Source: the human T2T-CHM13v2.0 reference genome, Homo sapiens
Direction: 5' to 3' (one strand)
Assembly (NCBI RefSeq): GCF_009914755.1
Contig: NC_060928.1
DNA length: 64,000 bases
The stretch's first letter is position 1, and each line of letters starts with the position of its first letter. Shown here one piece after another: positions 13,112 to 27,557 of the stretch. A program made the translations under genes and the position numbers. Below the pieces are notes generated by a model. That model was not told the DNA's origin, did not search any database, and saw only the letters and a program-made list of their open reading frames with translations.

Positions 13112-14783
13112 CTTACCTAATCAAAAGTCTAAATCGATACCTGTGGCTATTACAGTTAAAATGGTAGCATTGTCATTGGAATATATTTGAATTTCTTTAG
13201 TGATTTTAGAAATTTTTGATATAATTGTAGAAAATCAATCTTAGATCACTACTGATTTACAATTCCATTCATAGGCTTGACATCTCAGACTGATCCAAGA
13301 GCCCTATACCTAATTTCTCAGCTAAAAGTCAATGTAGACTTGGATTCATTTCCTACTACATGGATAAAAAGCTATTTCCCATAACATTTCTTTGGTATGA
13401 AACAGTAAAAAAAAAATGAATAGGAAATGACAATAACCCAGCACCAATTTATCAACCTTGCTGTCATTTCTTAAATATCATTTTCACAAATATGTTATTA
13501 CAGAGCTCTGGTAGAGGACAAAGCGATGATTTGGCAAGCTCCAAAAAGACTCAAATGTCGGGGAAAATATTTTAATTCCAGAATTATGACAGATTTATGC
13601 TACGAATAAATGTTTGAAATTCAGATAATATATGTCACCTTTCTTTTGTGGCACAAAGATAATAGAATTATAAGAGAGAAACTTCATTGTTTTTACACTA
13701 TGACAAAAATATGGGCCTGTATTAAGAAGGGGAAAAGTAGCATGTATTATTGAAGAAACAGGAGCCAGCGGTTGAATACTCTCCTGCCTTTTATCTCCAC
13801 CTGTAGTGAACTCACTTGTACTCTTCTTGCCCTACAAATAGAACTGCAATCTGCCATGCAATTATTACCTAACCTTTGCAAGCTGCCTGTGTTGTCAAAA
13901 CATTTCTGCTCAGTAACATACTATACTTAAAGAAGATAGTTACTAATGCACTTGGACACATTTTCTAGTACAGGCAGAAATTCTTGACTCTTAAAATGGC
14001 ATTATTTTCACTTCTTCATATACTTGGATTGTATCTTCTAATAGAGATGATGAAGCAAAAAATCGAAACAACAATGATTTAAATCCTTTGGGAATAAATA
14101 TGAAGATCATTGCATACAAATAGACCAAAAAGACTAATAATTTTTTGAATAGGAATATCTACATGAATATATTTTAAATGATGAAATGAAGGTCCTCAGT
14201 ATGTAGGAAAATATAGTTCATGAAAATTGGAACTTAAAACAAGTTTTCTTTTTAATGTAGAATATAAGCTCATCCTTTTACACCACTTTATGTATATTTC
14301 AATTCAATGAACTATAATTTTATTGAGAATTGCATTTTCCACTGGACTTTCCTAGCAATTTCTTATTAAAATTTTAAGAATGTATGTTGAAAGCATATTT
14401 ACTATTATGAAAATATATTGTATATATTTAAAAATATATTTGTTATTTTGTAATATCAATTGTATCAAAATGTATTTCTTAGAAATTACTTTTAAATTAT
14501 AGGGCCTTCAGCTAGAAAGAGGGCATAATTTGATGATCTTTCTCCTGAAAAAAAATTAGCATGTAGTCCTCTTGGTAAAAGCATAAATTTAATATGGCTT
14601 GAAATAATGCCTTTGTGGCAGATTAGAGACACTTTTTTGAAATATTACAATGCCTTTTAAAACTTTTAGCCTTCAAAAAAGGAACTATTTCAGATACTAA
14701 TTACTACCAAAATTTAATTAGTCATTTTTAACTGCTCAAACAGCAAAATACACAAAAGTAAAATAATTTTAAAGTTGTAATCA

Positions 14784-15086
14784 CGGCTGTTGCCCTTTGT
14801 GCCCATGGGTTCTGCATCCACAGATTCACTCAATCATGGACTAAAGTATTTTGAAAAATAAAAATAAAAAACACAAATTTAAAAATACAGCATAACAACT
14901 ATTTACATAGCATTTACATTGTATTATAAATAATCTAAAGAGATTTAAAGTGTTTGAGAGGTCGTGGATAGATTTTATGCAACTACTATGCCATTTTATA
15001 TAAGGGACTTGAACATCAGTGGATTTTGGTATGGGATGGGGGATTTCTGGAACCAGTTGCCCTGGGATCCCAAGGTATTTCAACTG
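14784..15086. mobile_element. MER2-family (TcMar-Tigger) DNA transposon relic
   Basis: CCCATGGGTTCTGCATCCACAGATTCA...ATAAGGGACTTGAACATCAGTGGATTTTGGTAT...CAACTG followed by TA. Confidence 0.8.
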
Positions 15087-16616
15087 TATTTCCTGCTAGT
15101 TATAGATATTTTTAGATCTGCTCTTAGATTTTTTCCTATAGGGATTGATTACCATTGTATAATGTTAGTATAAAAATTTTAATCATGTTGTAGTAACTGC
15201 TGAAATATATGTAACTAACATATAATGTGATTGTGAAGTCTTGATATACATAAACCAAATATACATGTGCTTAAAGAGGTTACTTGTATTTTTAATGGCA
15301 TATAGGCCATTATTAAAGAAACTATTAATTTACAAATAGAATCAGCACAGCTTCTTACAAAATAAATACAGGATATATTTTTTGCCTTGGAATAGTCATA
15401 GAAAAAGTAGGATTTGTTACATTGTGGGAAACTTAGGTAGCATTATGGTTTCAATTAGAGTCGAAATTTAAGTTCTTCCTTTCAACTTTTTTTGGTATTT
15501 TACGTTTAGAATACCTTCAACTTTGGGAAACATAAGTCAAGAGGCAGCAGGAAGGGTCTACTCACTCAGTAAATACACAAGGCATGCTTTGAACTCAGGG
15601 GAAACTAATTTGCACAATTCTTACTGCTCTTTTGTTGTGGAGAAAGTTTTATGTGTGGAAACAAATATGTTCAAAGAGTCATGTTACAGAATAATAGAGA
15701 AAACTAAGTAATTTGTATGTTATCAGATAAAGTAAAAGTTCTAATGGAACAGGTAGTAAGTCAGGAAATGGGTACTTTACTACCAACTATTTACATTAAC
15801 CAGATGGTTATTTGCCTAATTTTATTTAGATTATTATGTTTCAATAGTTTGTAGTTGCACAAGCAAAAGAACAGAGCCATATAGTTGCTTAATATAATAT
15901 TATGTAACTCTCAAATTTTCTATAATTTTAATTTCCTTTAAATGGAATTCATTCATATCAATTCATTCACTTGAATATCACTAAATTTGGTATCCGGTAC
16001 AGTATAAATTCTATATGTATGTCTGTTGACATTATACATTATACATAACATTCAACTATATATCATAATTAAAACAACATGACTATTTTTAGAGTAAAAA
16101 TAGTTTCAAATTGTATATTTGTTTCAGATATGCACAGATATGACATGGTATACATACCTGAAATGTTATATTTTTATTCTGTTGTAAAATTACTTTTAAG
16201 TTAAATTATATAAGACAAAATATAAAATTAATAAAAAATTAAATACGATCATTTGAAATGATTGTGATTTAAGAAATATTTTATAGAAAGCATTTGAAAA
16301 TAACTAAATTTTTCACATGCTTACTATCTCAATATGTGCTTCTTATGATTTTAATAGTATACTTCAAAAGGAAAAAAACGCAGGGTGTTCAATCAATATT
16401 TTCTATTTATTTGTTCGCATAAGCGGTTATCCAAAAATTAAGAGTTAAATGGACATTTGCCTATTATCAAATAAAATTGTTTGTATTTTCCACTCTGTTC
16501 TTTTTCATTTTATATGGCAATTATTTTATGTGATTTCTTAAAATCAATTTCAATTATTCATGGATCCCTAAATATGAATTTTCTATAGCCAATCCAACTA
16601 CCAAATAATGATAGAA

Positions 16617-17601
16617 ATTCATTAATTCAATAAACATTTACTGAGAAACTACCATGTGTCAGACACTATTCTAAGCCTTAGAGATTGATATGGTTTGGAT
16701 TTGTACCCCCACCCAAATCTCACATCGAATTTTAATCCCCAGCATTGGAGGAGGGGCCTGGTGGGAGGTGATCAGATCATGAGAGCAGATTTCCCCCTTG
16801 CTGTTCTCAGGATAGTGAGTGAGTTAGCACGAGAACTGGTTGTTTAAAAGTGTGTAACACCTTGCCCAGCTCTTTCTTCCTCCTGCTCCAGCCATGCAGT
16901 ATGTGCCTGCTTCGCCTTCACCTTCCACCATGATTCTAAGTTTCCTGAGGCCTCCTCAGCCATGCTTCCTATACAGGCTGCAAAACCATGAGTCAATTAA
17001 ACCTCTTTTCTTTATAAATTACCCATTCTCAGGTAGTTCGTTATAGCAGTGCTAGAATGAACTAATATGGAGATACAACAGTGAAATAAACAAAGCCCCT
17101 GCGGTCATAGACTGTACTGCATTGTAGTAAGGGTCAGGAGATTATAGGTAGAAAAACTAAACAAACATACAATTTGTTAGGAAGTCATAAGTTTCAAGCA
17201 TCAAAAAACACAAATGAAAAGAGAGTGGTCTAAAATGGAAGAAAGCATTATTTTGTAATCAGGAAAGATTCCTTTCAGATGGTTACATTTACATAGCGAG
17301 TCCTAGAAAAAAAGTGATTGAGTAAGCCTTGTGGATACATGGGGAAATGATGTTTAAGTGAGAATAAATAGCAAGTGCTAATACCCTGAGTCATATGCTT
17401 GAAAGTCCTTTTGGAAGAAAAGAAATGAAGGAACATGACTAGAATTAAGTGACCAAAGCAGAGAGGGGTAGAAGAGGTATTGGGGTAGAATATGAGGTCA
17501 GAAATGTAGATGAGTAAGAGCAGCAGATTATGCCAATCTTGCAGGCCCCCACACAGATTTTCCATTTTATTCTGAGTAATACGGAAAGTAATTAGACAGT
17601 T
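16617..17601 (-). mobile_element. L2 LINE 3' region, interrupted by a MaLR LTR
   Basis: ATTCAATAAACATTTACTGAGAAACTACCATGTGTCAGACACTATTCTAAG; continues after the LTR as ACAACAGTGAAATAAACAAAGCCCCTGC. Confidence 0.75.
16686..17069 (+). mobile_element. MaLR solo LTR (MSTA/THE1D-like)
   Basis: TGATATGGTTTGGATTTGTACCCCCACCCAAATCTC...AATTAAACCTCTTTTCTTTATAAATTACCC; 5-bp TSD GAGAT at 16681-16685 and 17070-17074. Confidence 0.92.
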
Positions 17602-17770
17602 CTTTTTTTGTTTCTTACAATGTTTTATCTCTGGGGCAGCCTGCCTTCATTTATCCCTTACTATCTTGCTTATGCATTATTTATGTAGTCCCTGGAACAG
17701 TTAGATAGTCTTTGACATCAGTATCTACCCAATCTCCACTTTTCCCTTCACTGCAAGATTAAGCTTCCTA

Positions 17771-19218
<1,448 letters not shown>

Positions 19219-19249
19219 GCAAAAAGGCCAATAGTGATTATCATTTATA

Positions 19250-19452
19250 GTGTTACATCCATTATCTAATTTAAATTATTATTCACGTGAACCCTCTGAA
19301 GCAAATACTACTGTTATACCCACTTTACAAATGAAGGAAACATGGCTTAATAAAGTTAAGAAGTAATTTGCTTGAGTGTATATATCTAGACAATGATGGA
19401 GACATGATTTTATCTCCACTGCTAATCAAATGAAATGAAATTTTCTCAACCA
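19250..19452 (-). mobile_element. MIR
   Basis: ATACCCACTTTACAAATGAAGGAAACATGGCTTAATAAAGTTAAG...TAATTTGCTTGAG. Confidence 0.65.
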
Positions 19453-19544
19453 AAAAGTTAAGTCCTTCCACATGGTGCTTACATGTAATCTAGACTGGCC
19501 AAGCTCCATGTGCCCTCTCCATCGCCTATTAAATTTGGGGTCAG

Positions 19545-19685
19545 AGGCAAGTTATCAAACCTAGCGAGTCAGTAAACCTCTGTAAAATTAATATCTTCCT
19601 CAAAATTAAATGAGAAAATGAACACAAAATACTTTAAACAGAGCTTAGTATATGATGGGAAATTAAATGTCAGCTATACTCATTA
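19545..19685 (+). mobile_element. MIR fragment
   Basis: GGCAAGTTA...CTGTAAAAT...ATTAAATGAGAAAATG...AAATGTCAGCTAT. Confidence 0.5.
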
Positions 19686-20984
19686 CCTCGGTATTATCAT
19701 ATACATCAAATAATGCAACAAAATGAAGAAAAATTTACATGTAAATCATATTATTGTTAAATTGCAGGAATATATGCTCAAGATATTGGTTGGCCACAGC
19801 ATAGGTAAAACTATACCATATTATCAATATACCAAAACCATATGTGAGCATTTTAAAAACTTATTTACCTTATCTCTTTTTCTAAAATGCATGTTTCTTT
19901 ACAGTTATAGCTTTAAAAAGTTTAACTAAAGCCATGAGTGTTCTTCTTTGGCCAGTAGGAGCTGAAGAATATTTTTTCCTATTATTAAAGAATAAAACTT
20001 TTACTCATGTGACTACCCTACCAGATGGATCAATAGATGGAAATGTTTACAATGACAATGATGAATGGTAAAAATATTATAATTACTTACAATTCTTCAT
20101 GTTATTCAAATGTTCTACTCATCAGAAAAAAATTCAACTTATGGCTATTAACAAGTAATAGAGGAGTAGAATAAGTCATTGCTAATAGTTTTTTTTTTTT
20201 TTTTTGCAATGCGGCAATATATCTAATGATAGCAGCTTCTATTAAGAAAAATAAAGTGGTATTTATGAATTTTGTAAATAATGTTCTCTGGCCAGGTTTT
20301 TACCATACTCCTGATGTGTACCACTATTTAATTAGCATAATTTTTATTTCTCTCTGTCAGCCTGCTCTTGGCTTATCTCCTACAGGAAGTAGGATGGCTT
20401 TTATTTTAGGACTACATTATAATGGCTGGATTTTTACAAAAGCCTGTCAACACCACCTCAACCCCACTGTCTGTAGGAATATAAATACAGTGTAACTGAC
20501 AACATAGAATGGCTGGAAGCATAATCTCCAATTTACTACTGCCTCAAATCTGTGAAAAGCCCAAAAGGGAGTTGCTGAATCTCTTCTTCAAATAAAATCC
20601 TATAAAGAGCCAAATTTACCAAAAAAACTACAATTGTATAAAGTGCTCTCGGAGATCTGGGTAAATAAGCACTGCTGTCTCTTCCCAGGGATTCTTCAGG
20701 ACAATTCCAGGTCTCTGAAGAGCAACCTCTGCATTTGATACTCTGCAGTATATCCCCCGGATAAGTCCAACTGTCAGAGACCTATGTGTTTTGACTATAA
20801 ACTGTTGGCTCCATGTAGCTCCATGCTTTCAGTTGATGTCATGGCGTGAACTTAAGAACATTATAAGAAGCAGCACATTATTAAATCTGTAACAAAGATG
20901 TTGTTGAAAATGTTTATGGATTTACAGAGAATCCTCGGGGGCAATTTCTCTCTGGTCTAAGGCTTTTCATGAATAATTTTCTGA

Positions 20985-21285
20985 CTGAGGGAGGAGAGGA
21001 CAGTCTTCATAGAGATAGTGGTCTTTGAACTTGGCCATTTTCTGATGGATTATTTTATAGGATCATTCCAGAAAGGGGAAATTTATAGATCTGAGAAAGT
21101 ACATGATTAGTTTAGGGAATAAGTGATTTTGTGTTCTGGTAGCATTGCATGTGTGAAATAATGTTTTATGAAGTATGACTAGACACATGAGTTCTCATTT
21201 TACATAGTGTAGATTATTTTGTGTGTTCCATTAAAAGCCTGTGAGAAGCAAACTCATAATGATAGGAGATCTCTGAAAGCAATAT
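20985..21285 (-). mobile_element. Degenerate L2 fragment
   Basis: GTCTTCATAGAGATAGTGGTCTTTGAACTTGGCC...CATTCCAGAAAGGGG. Confidence 0.4.
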
Positions 21286-21923
21286 GAAATACTCGTAAAT
21301 ATTGCCCTCAAGGAGTATAGTTTGTGTGCAAGATAAGTTTTCCATAGAAGTAAACGTAATTAAATATAGAAAGCCTGAAGGATGTGAGTCTTATTTGAGT
21401 CATTTTATTCATCTTAACAGAGAACTATATCCTTATATCATTTATGTTAGATTTATACACACATATTCTCTCTCTATATATATTAAACATAATGTTTTCC
21501 TGTGTTACCTTCTGAGACTATAACTCATCTCATTTATCACATGATAAAGAATACAAGGGTAGATAATTAAATCTAAAATAGAAAGTCAATAAATATTTAT
21601 GTGTATTATTAATGGCTAGTGAGGCATAAGTTATTTTTCAAGATACATAATTTCTACATGTTCAAGTTTCAAAATGTGTTTATTATGAAAAAAATATGAA
21701 AGTATTCTTTTAAATGAAATATTTATTACAATGAAACCATTACTATTTTTCAATTACAATTAAAAAGGCAATAATTATGGAATTCTTATTATTTTGTTTT
21801 TCTTAGGAATTAAGAATCATTGTTATGCAAGCACATCATTCTCATAGCCAAATTATACAGTCTTTCTAAATTTTTTGCTAGTCTGTTTACTGTCACTGGC
21901 ATTTTAGCATGTCCTTCTTTGAC

Positions 21924-21953
21924 TCATAGTGAATTATGATTAATTCACTATGA
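21924..21953. repeat. Perfect 13-bp inverted repeat with 4-nt spacer
   Basis: TCATAGTGAATTA-TGAT-TAATTCACTATGA. Confidence 0.9.
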
Positions 21954-22193
21954 ATTATAATTAAAATATTATAATTTCATCAACTCATGAGGTGATTCCT
22001 TATCAATAAAATGATAATGTCATTAATTTCTTTTCTAGATACCACAAATATCTAATTTTTTTAAAAAAAAGTTTGAGCCAAATAAGTAATTTTCAGAAAT
22101 ATGGAAAGTTAGCAAGGCATGATAACTTTCACTCTGTAGTTCAATATTATTATATTATCTTTCCACAGGGGAGCACATTTCAGAGTTTGATGA

Positions 22194-22495
22194 TACTATG
22201 GTCTGAATATGTCCTCTAAAATTCATATGTCAAAACTTAATTGCCAATGCAATAGTATTGAGGTGGGGACTTTACAAAATGAAATGGGGGACTTTATAAA
22301 AGAGACTGAAGAGAGCACGTTAGATAAGCAACAAGGTGCCATCTTCTAAGTAAAGAGTAGCCAGTACTAAATACCAAATCTTCCGGCCTTTTGATCTTGG
22401 ACTCCCTAGCCTCCAGACTGTAAGAAATATATATCTGTTATTTATAATTACCAGTGTCAGGTATTTTGTTACAGCAGCACAAACAGACTGAGACA
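22194..22495 (+). mobile_element. MaLR solo LTR (MLT1A/MSTD-like), internally deleted
   Basis: TACTATGGTCTGAATATGTCCTCTAAAATTCATATG...TTGATCTTGGACTCCCTAGCCTCCAGACTGTAAGAAAT...AAACAGACTGAGACA. Confidence 0.82.
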
Positions 22496-23102
22496 ATGTG
22501 CAAATGTGAACTACTAGCAGTGGGCAACCCAGGAGAATAGCAAAATCACATTTTATCTATATTTTAAATCATACAATATCTCTCCATGCGATTTCTGCTC
22601 GTTAAGTTCAAATACGGTTCATAATGAGTATGATGTAATACACACGTAGTTTCCATGAATCTTTAATTCATGTAATTGGGAATTTTACCCAGAATTTCCT
22701 TAAAATATTATCTGTTCTATATTTTGCATATGAGGACTAGTAATTACCAGTATGTTTTGTTACAAAAAGAGTACTAAGAAATATAATCCTTAGAAATATG
22801 CATACAGTTTATTTGGATAAACATTCAATAGAATATCATATAGTTTACAAATTATCAATAAATCTGTTCCCACACTTAAAAAATTACTTTTCAATGCTGA
22901 AACTTCCAATAACATGGAGGAGGTTTATTTTCTTTTGTAGTAATGCTTAATCATTCATTTCATTTTTTTCAAACTTAAAAATCAGTTTGAATTTGAAGAG
23001 AACATCTCTCAATCTAATCTTTATAAAAACAGATTAAAGCTAATTGTATGATATTTATTTCATCAAAATGGTTGGTTTTCAAAGGAAGAGGTCATTTTTA
23101 AA

Positions 23103-23140
23103 ATGTCATTAATTTTATTTTATGTCATTAATTTTATTTT
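23103..23140. repeat. 19-bp tandem duplication ATGTCATTAATTTTATTTT x2
   Basis: Directly visible. Confidence 0.85.
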
Positions 23141-24801
23141 ATTATACTTCTACGCAGCATTCCATAGGAGGATTCCTTACTCAAAGTGTTTGAGGCTCAA
23201 ATATCCAAATGCCTGTACCACATTGCTACGTGGTGTTTTGACTGACTCAACTCCTGTGTTTCAGTTTTCTCTCTAGCAAAATGTGGGGAGTTAAATTAAT
23301 GAGTTTGCATGTATGTTGGTTAGTGTGTAATAATTTTCGAAGAAAAAATATTTTAACTTGTGTACTTTAAGTTCTGTAATTATGATTAGAATAGTAATCA
23401 GATACATATAACACTACTTGAATGAATTTGTTCATGGTATTAAATGAGGAAAGACAGTCATTAAGTATGTCATTAGGTATATATATTCACATATATAATG
23501 CAAACTATACATGTTTTCTGTATATTGTTGAGGTATATAAATACTTAAGTTTGACAAACTGTTAAAAGCCATTATTCTAAAAGAATTATCTCTGTTTTGG
23601 TTCAGATATTGCTTCTTTGATGCTTCTGGTTCTAGTAACCTTATTTTGTATCTCATACCTTTCTTGTCCTGCAGTTTTAGAGCTTGAATCTTATTTTATT
23701 TTATTAGGACCATTTTACCAGTGAAGAATTATTTTTTACTTGTTCCTTAAAATTTAAACTTAAAAAAAAAGCAATATGATATCAGTAAAATAGCTGAAAG
23801 AATGGTATAAATATTCTTTTTTTGGTTCATTTACTTCAATTCCATGAGTCATTCCTTCAGTTATTATTCAAGTATCAATTTCATAATTTTGGTTTACAAG
23901 CAGAAATATTTAGAAATATTTTTCCCCAAAACATATTGTCTGATTTTGTGTCAGGATGAACGAAATGTAAATAATAAAGTAAGATATTAATTTTATCAGT
24001 ATTGGTCTATTATCTTTCCCTCCTTTTTACACAAAATAGAAGAAATTTTAACTTTATTATAAATTTAAATATAGCTCCGAGTTTTTTCTGATGTACAATG
24101 AGTACTGGGTAAAATTAAGTCAAAATACTTTAGGTTTATGCATGATAACGTTTTGAATAAAAGCATAAACATTTGAATCCTGGAACAGTTTAACATAGGT
24201 GATAGTAAAGAAGTAGATTTTTATAAAACTTTTACCATGAAGAAAGTGCATTAAGTTGTGCTTTCTGCTATGATAATTGTTCACAAGTCACTCTAATCTC
24301 CCACCATTAGACAAATAACAGAGAGCAGAGTTCCTGAGAATCTCTAAGTGTCAACAGATGATAATTTTATTTTCTTTTGGAAACAATCCTAAATGCAGTA
24401 CCTCAGACATTTTTATTCATGGGCATGAAGTAAGAGATGAAACAAAATACAGTAAAAACAGAATCATTAAACGTATTGAAATATGAGGCTTTGGTTGGTC
24501 ATTGAGAGCAAAGGCTTGTTTTTCTGTGCTTGTATCACCAGTTCAGCAGATTAGAATAAATTAAGTTAAACAAACACATCTTGCAATTCAAAAGCCTTAT
24601 GGTATAAAATGCTATATTATAACAGTTACTAAACATATGCTTCTTTTCATTTTGAGCACCAAAACTACAATTTAATTATATTTTTCGTTGAAATGAGTTT
24701 TATAAACACTGTGATCTACTGTATGTTTTATGTATTTGCCTGGTGTAAATGCTTTCTACAAAAAATATATGAACATGAGTGGTATAGTTGGCATAAATCT
24801 T

Positions 24802-24802
24802 G

Positions 24803-24833
<31 letters not shown>

Positions 24834-25137
24834 GAATATATATTCAATATATTTGAATATATATATATATTCAATATATATTGAATATATATATATATTC
24901 AATATATATTTGAATATATATATATTCAATATATATTGAATATATATATATATTCAATATATATTGAATATATATAAATATTGAATATATATTGAATATA
25001 TATATATATTCAATAATATATTGAATATATATTGAATATATATTTGAATATATATATATTCAATATATATTGAATATATATTGAATATATATATTCAAAT
25101 ATATATTGAATATATGTATTCAATTCAAATACATATT
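24802..25137. repeat. Palindromic AT-rich repeat: (TA)n interleaved with TTCAA/TTGAA
   Basis: Directly visible; the units are reverse complements of each other. Confidence 0.95.
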
Positions 25138-25306
25138 CCAAACTAAATTTGCAGGAAAGCCTATTTGAAGTATGCACTTTTGGGAATGAAATTATAAAAC
25201 AGAAGGTTGCATAGACTTATCGATGTTCTTCTCCATCCTGACCATTCTTACTGCTATTCTTTTCTGTATTAGATTCAAACTTGATCTCTCCACAGATGGT
25301 CTTAGG

Positions 25307-25525
25307 GATAGCATATTATGCTAATTAAAGATACACACTCTGAAGTTAAGTTGCCTGGGCTTAAATCCCAGATTTCCATTTACTCACTATTTGTGCTTGA
25401 TCAAGTTTCTTAACCCCTTTGAGGCCTTAGGTTCCTCCTATAAATTATGATTAAAATAAGAATAGTTACCTCATGAAGCGGTTTTGAAAATTAAATGATG
25501 TAAAAAAAGCGTTTAGAACAGTATG
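25307..25525 (+). mobile_element. MIR
   Basis: TGCCTGGGCTTAAATCCCAG...CAAGTTTCTTAACCCCTTTGAGGCCTTAGGTTCCTC...ATTAAATGA...GCGTTTAGAACAGT. Confidence 0.75.
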
Positions 25526-26639
25526 AACACTTCTGCTAAGTCTATATGCTGATCACAAGTCTTAGTACAGTTCTAATATTACTGGTTTACATTTCTAAAA
25601 AAAATACTGGTGCTAAGATGTCCACATTTTTATTTTTAGGGAAGAGAAATCAATATCTAGCATTGGCAAATACTGAAAATAGAGAAATGAAATGTTAATA
25701 AAACAAAAATTCCTGTGATATAGATTATTTAATCTGTAATGTTTAACATTTCATATAAAAGAGCTAAATTTGATTCTTCTGATTATGAAATGATAACTAT
25801 GGCTTTACAAGAGTTTTTGAAGGATGCTATAATAAACAATATTTTAAAGGAGTTACCGTGTTCAGTAATCTATGCTAATTTTTAAGAGATTTTAAAGCTA
25901 GAGATAAGGAACACGTGTATTAAAATCGAAATTAGGATAGGATAGGTTTTCTTCAGTTTGACTTTGTTTTTTAAAAAGACAAAACAGATGTATAGTATTC
26001 ACTATTATATCAATCTTTAAAAAGTTATTAGTGACAGGACCAGTAAGACTAAATGAACTGATATTTAATGTTTTATGATGTACTATTTAAAGAAAAACTG
26101 TGTGAATTTTTCTTTAACCTCTAGAAGTATCTTTGCCCCACAATCCTCCCCAACCCTAACATGTGAAAGAGGTAATTTAAGTATTGAGCATTACACTTTA
26201 TTGTGTGGATTACTGCAATTAACTGTGCATCTCCAAGCAACATATAGCCATTGTGCAAAACCACTGTGAACAGATGATACATTAAGAAGCACAGCTTCGC
26301 TGTGCATCCGGCCCTTGATATTGAGAAATACAGCGGTTCAGATGGAATATGCAAATAGAAAATCGACCCAAGGTCAGAGTGAGAAAGGCAAAATGACAAT
26401 CTTTGCTGGTTTCAGAATGAGAAATCCATTTCTGCTGCAAAATAAAGGTTGAAGAAAATCAGTAAAAGAAAATTTAGATATTTCACTTCTCCTTTCTTCT
26501 TTAGCTGGAAAGTAATTCAGTAATTTTTGCCAGTACAGAGAAAAGGAAGAATTAGTTACACTGTATATTATCCCTCCGGGATAACTTTACACTTTTATTT
26601 CCTAACATTTTTCCCTTTATATTTACTCTAATAAGAGAA

Positions 26640-26830
26640 AATGGTGTGTAGTTGATAGAAAATCACTCCTGAGTTTATCCATCGTCTTTGTTCTATTTAT
26701 GCTTTTTTTTTAATTTTCAGGGTGACCTTGAGAATGTACATTTTTCTGCACTTCTCTTTCTCCATCTTAAATAAGTGTAATAATAATTGATAAATATTAT
26801 GTTCTTAATTTTCCTGGAGGATTAAAAATA
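26640..26830 (+). mobile_element. MIR fragment
   Basis: ATGGTGTGTAGTTGATAGA...GTGACCTTGAG...TTTCTCCATCTTAAAT. Confidence 0.45.
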
Positions 26831-27557
26831 GTAATAATTAATAGGTTTATTTATCTAAATAAACTTTATAATTTTATTTCTCTTTTTTATTTTGTAGTCA
26901 CCTTAGGTGCAGAGGAATTATCTGATCATATTTCTGTTGATGGCACATGGCACACTATCCTCATGCCATTCTTTTTCTTATCATGTTTATTATAATATCC
27001 ACTTCTCTTTTTATGCACTTTTCTCATAAGTTTGATAAATGTGTTATGATGAGTATGTATCACATAAAATATGTCCCATTAAATAAGTTCTGAATGCTTA
27101 ATTTATATAACTACAATACAGTTATACATTTCATATTGCTTATACATGCAACCATGTACAATATCCATTGTACATATCCAGCATAATTTACTTATTATGT
27201 TAATAATGTTGTCTCCACTCTCCTAGATCACCTGCAATTGTCTGTTACTGCAAACAATGCCAGGATAACATCCTGGTATATGTGCCCTTCTATACTTATG
27301 CAGGAATTTCTCTAGGCTTAAACCCATGAATGGAAAGGCTGGGTCAAATGTTATGTTTCATTTCATTTTGTTGCATTTTATTTAATTTCAAGATATATTT
27401 TATTTAATTTAATGCACTACATTTTCATTTAGGGAATTGATGTTTGTATTCACAAATTTAGATAATTAGTATTTTGGGGTTTTGTTTTCTTCTGATTACT
27501 ATGTAGTTACTATGTATTTTGAAGTTTCCAGATATGTGGAGATTTATTCACCTTAAG

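Noticed and set aside
24802-25137. CRISPR-like repeat-spacer appearance
   Set aside because: The spacers are just (TA)n, the DNA is eukaryotic, and there are no cas genes
26568-26584. Short inverted repeat TTATCCC-TCC-GGGATAA, resembling TATCC-CCC-GGATA at ~20751
   Set aside because: Arms of 5-7 bp are expected by chance in 64 kb
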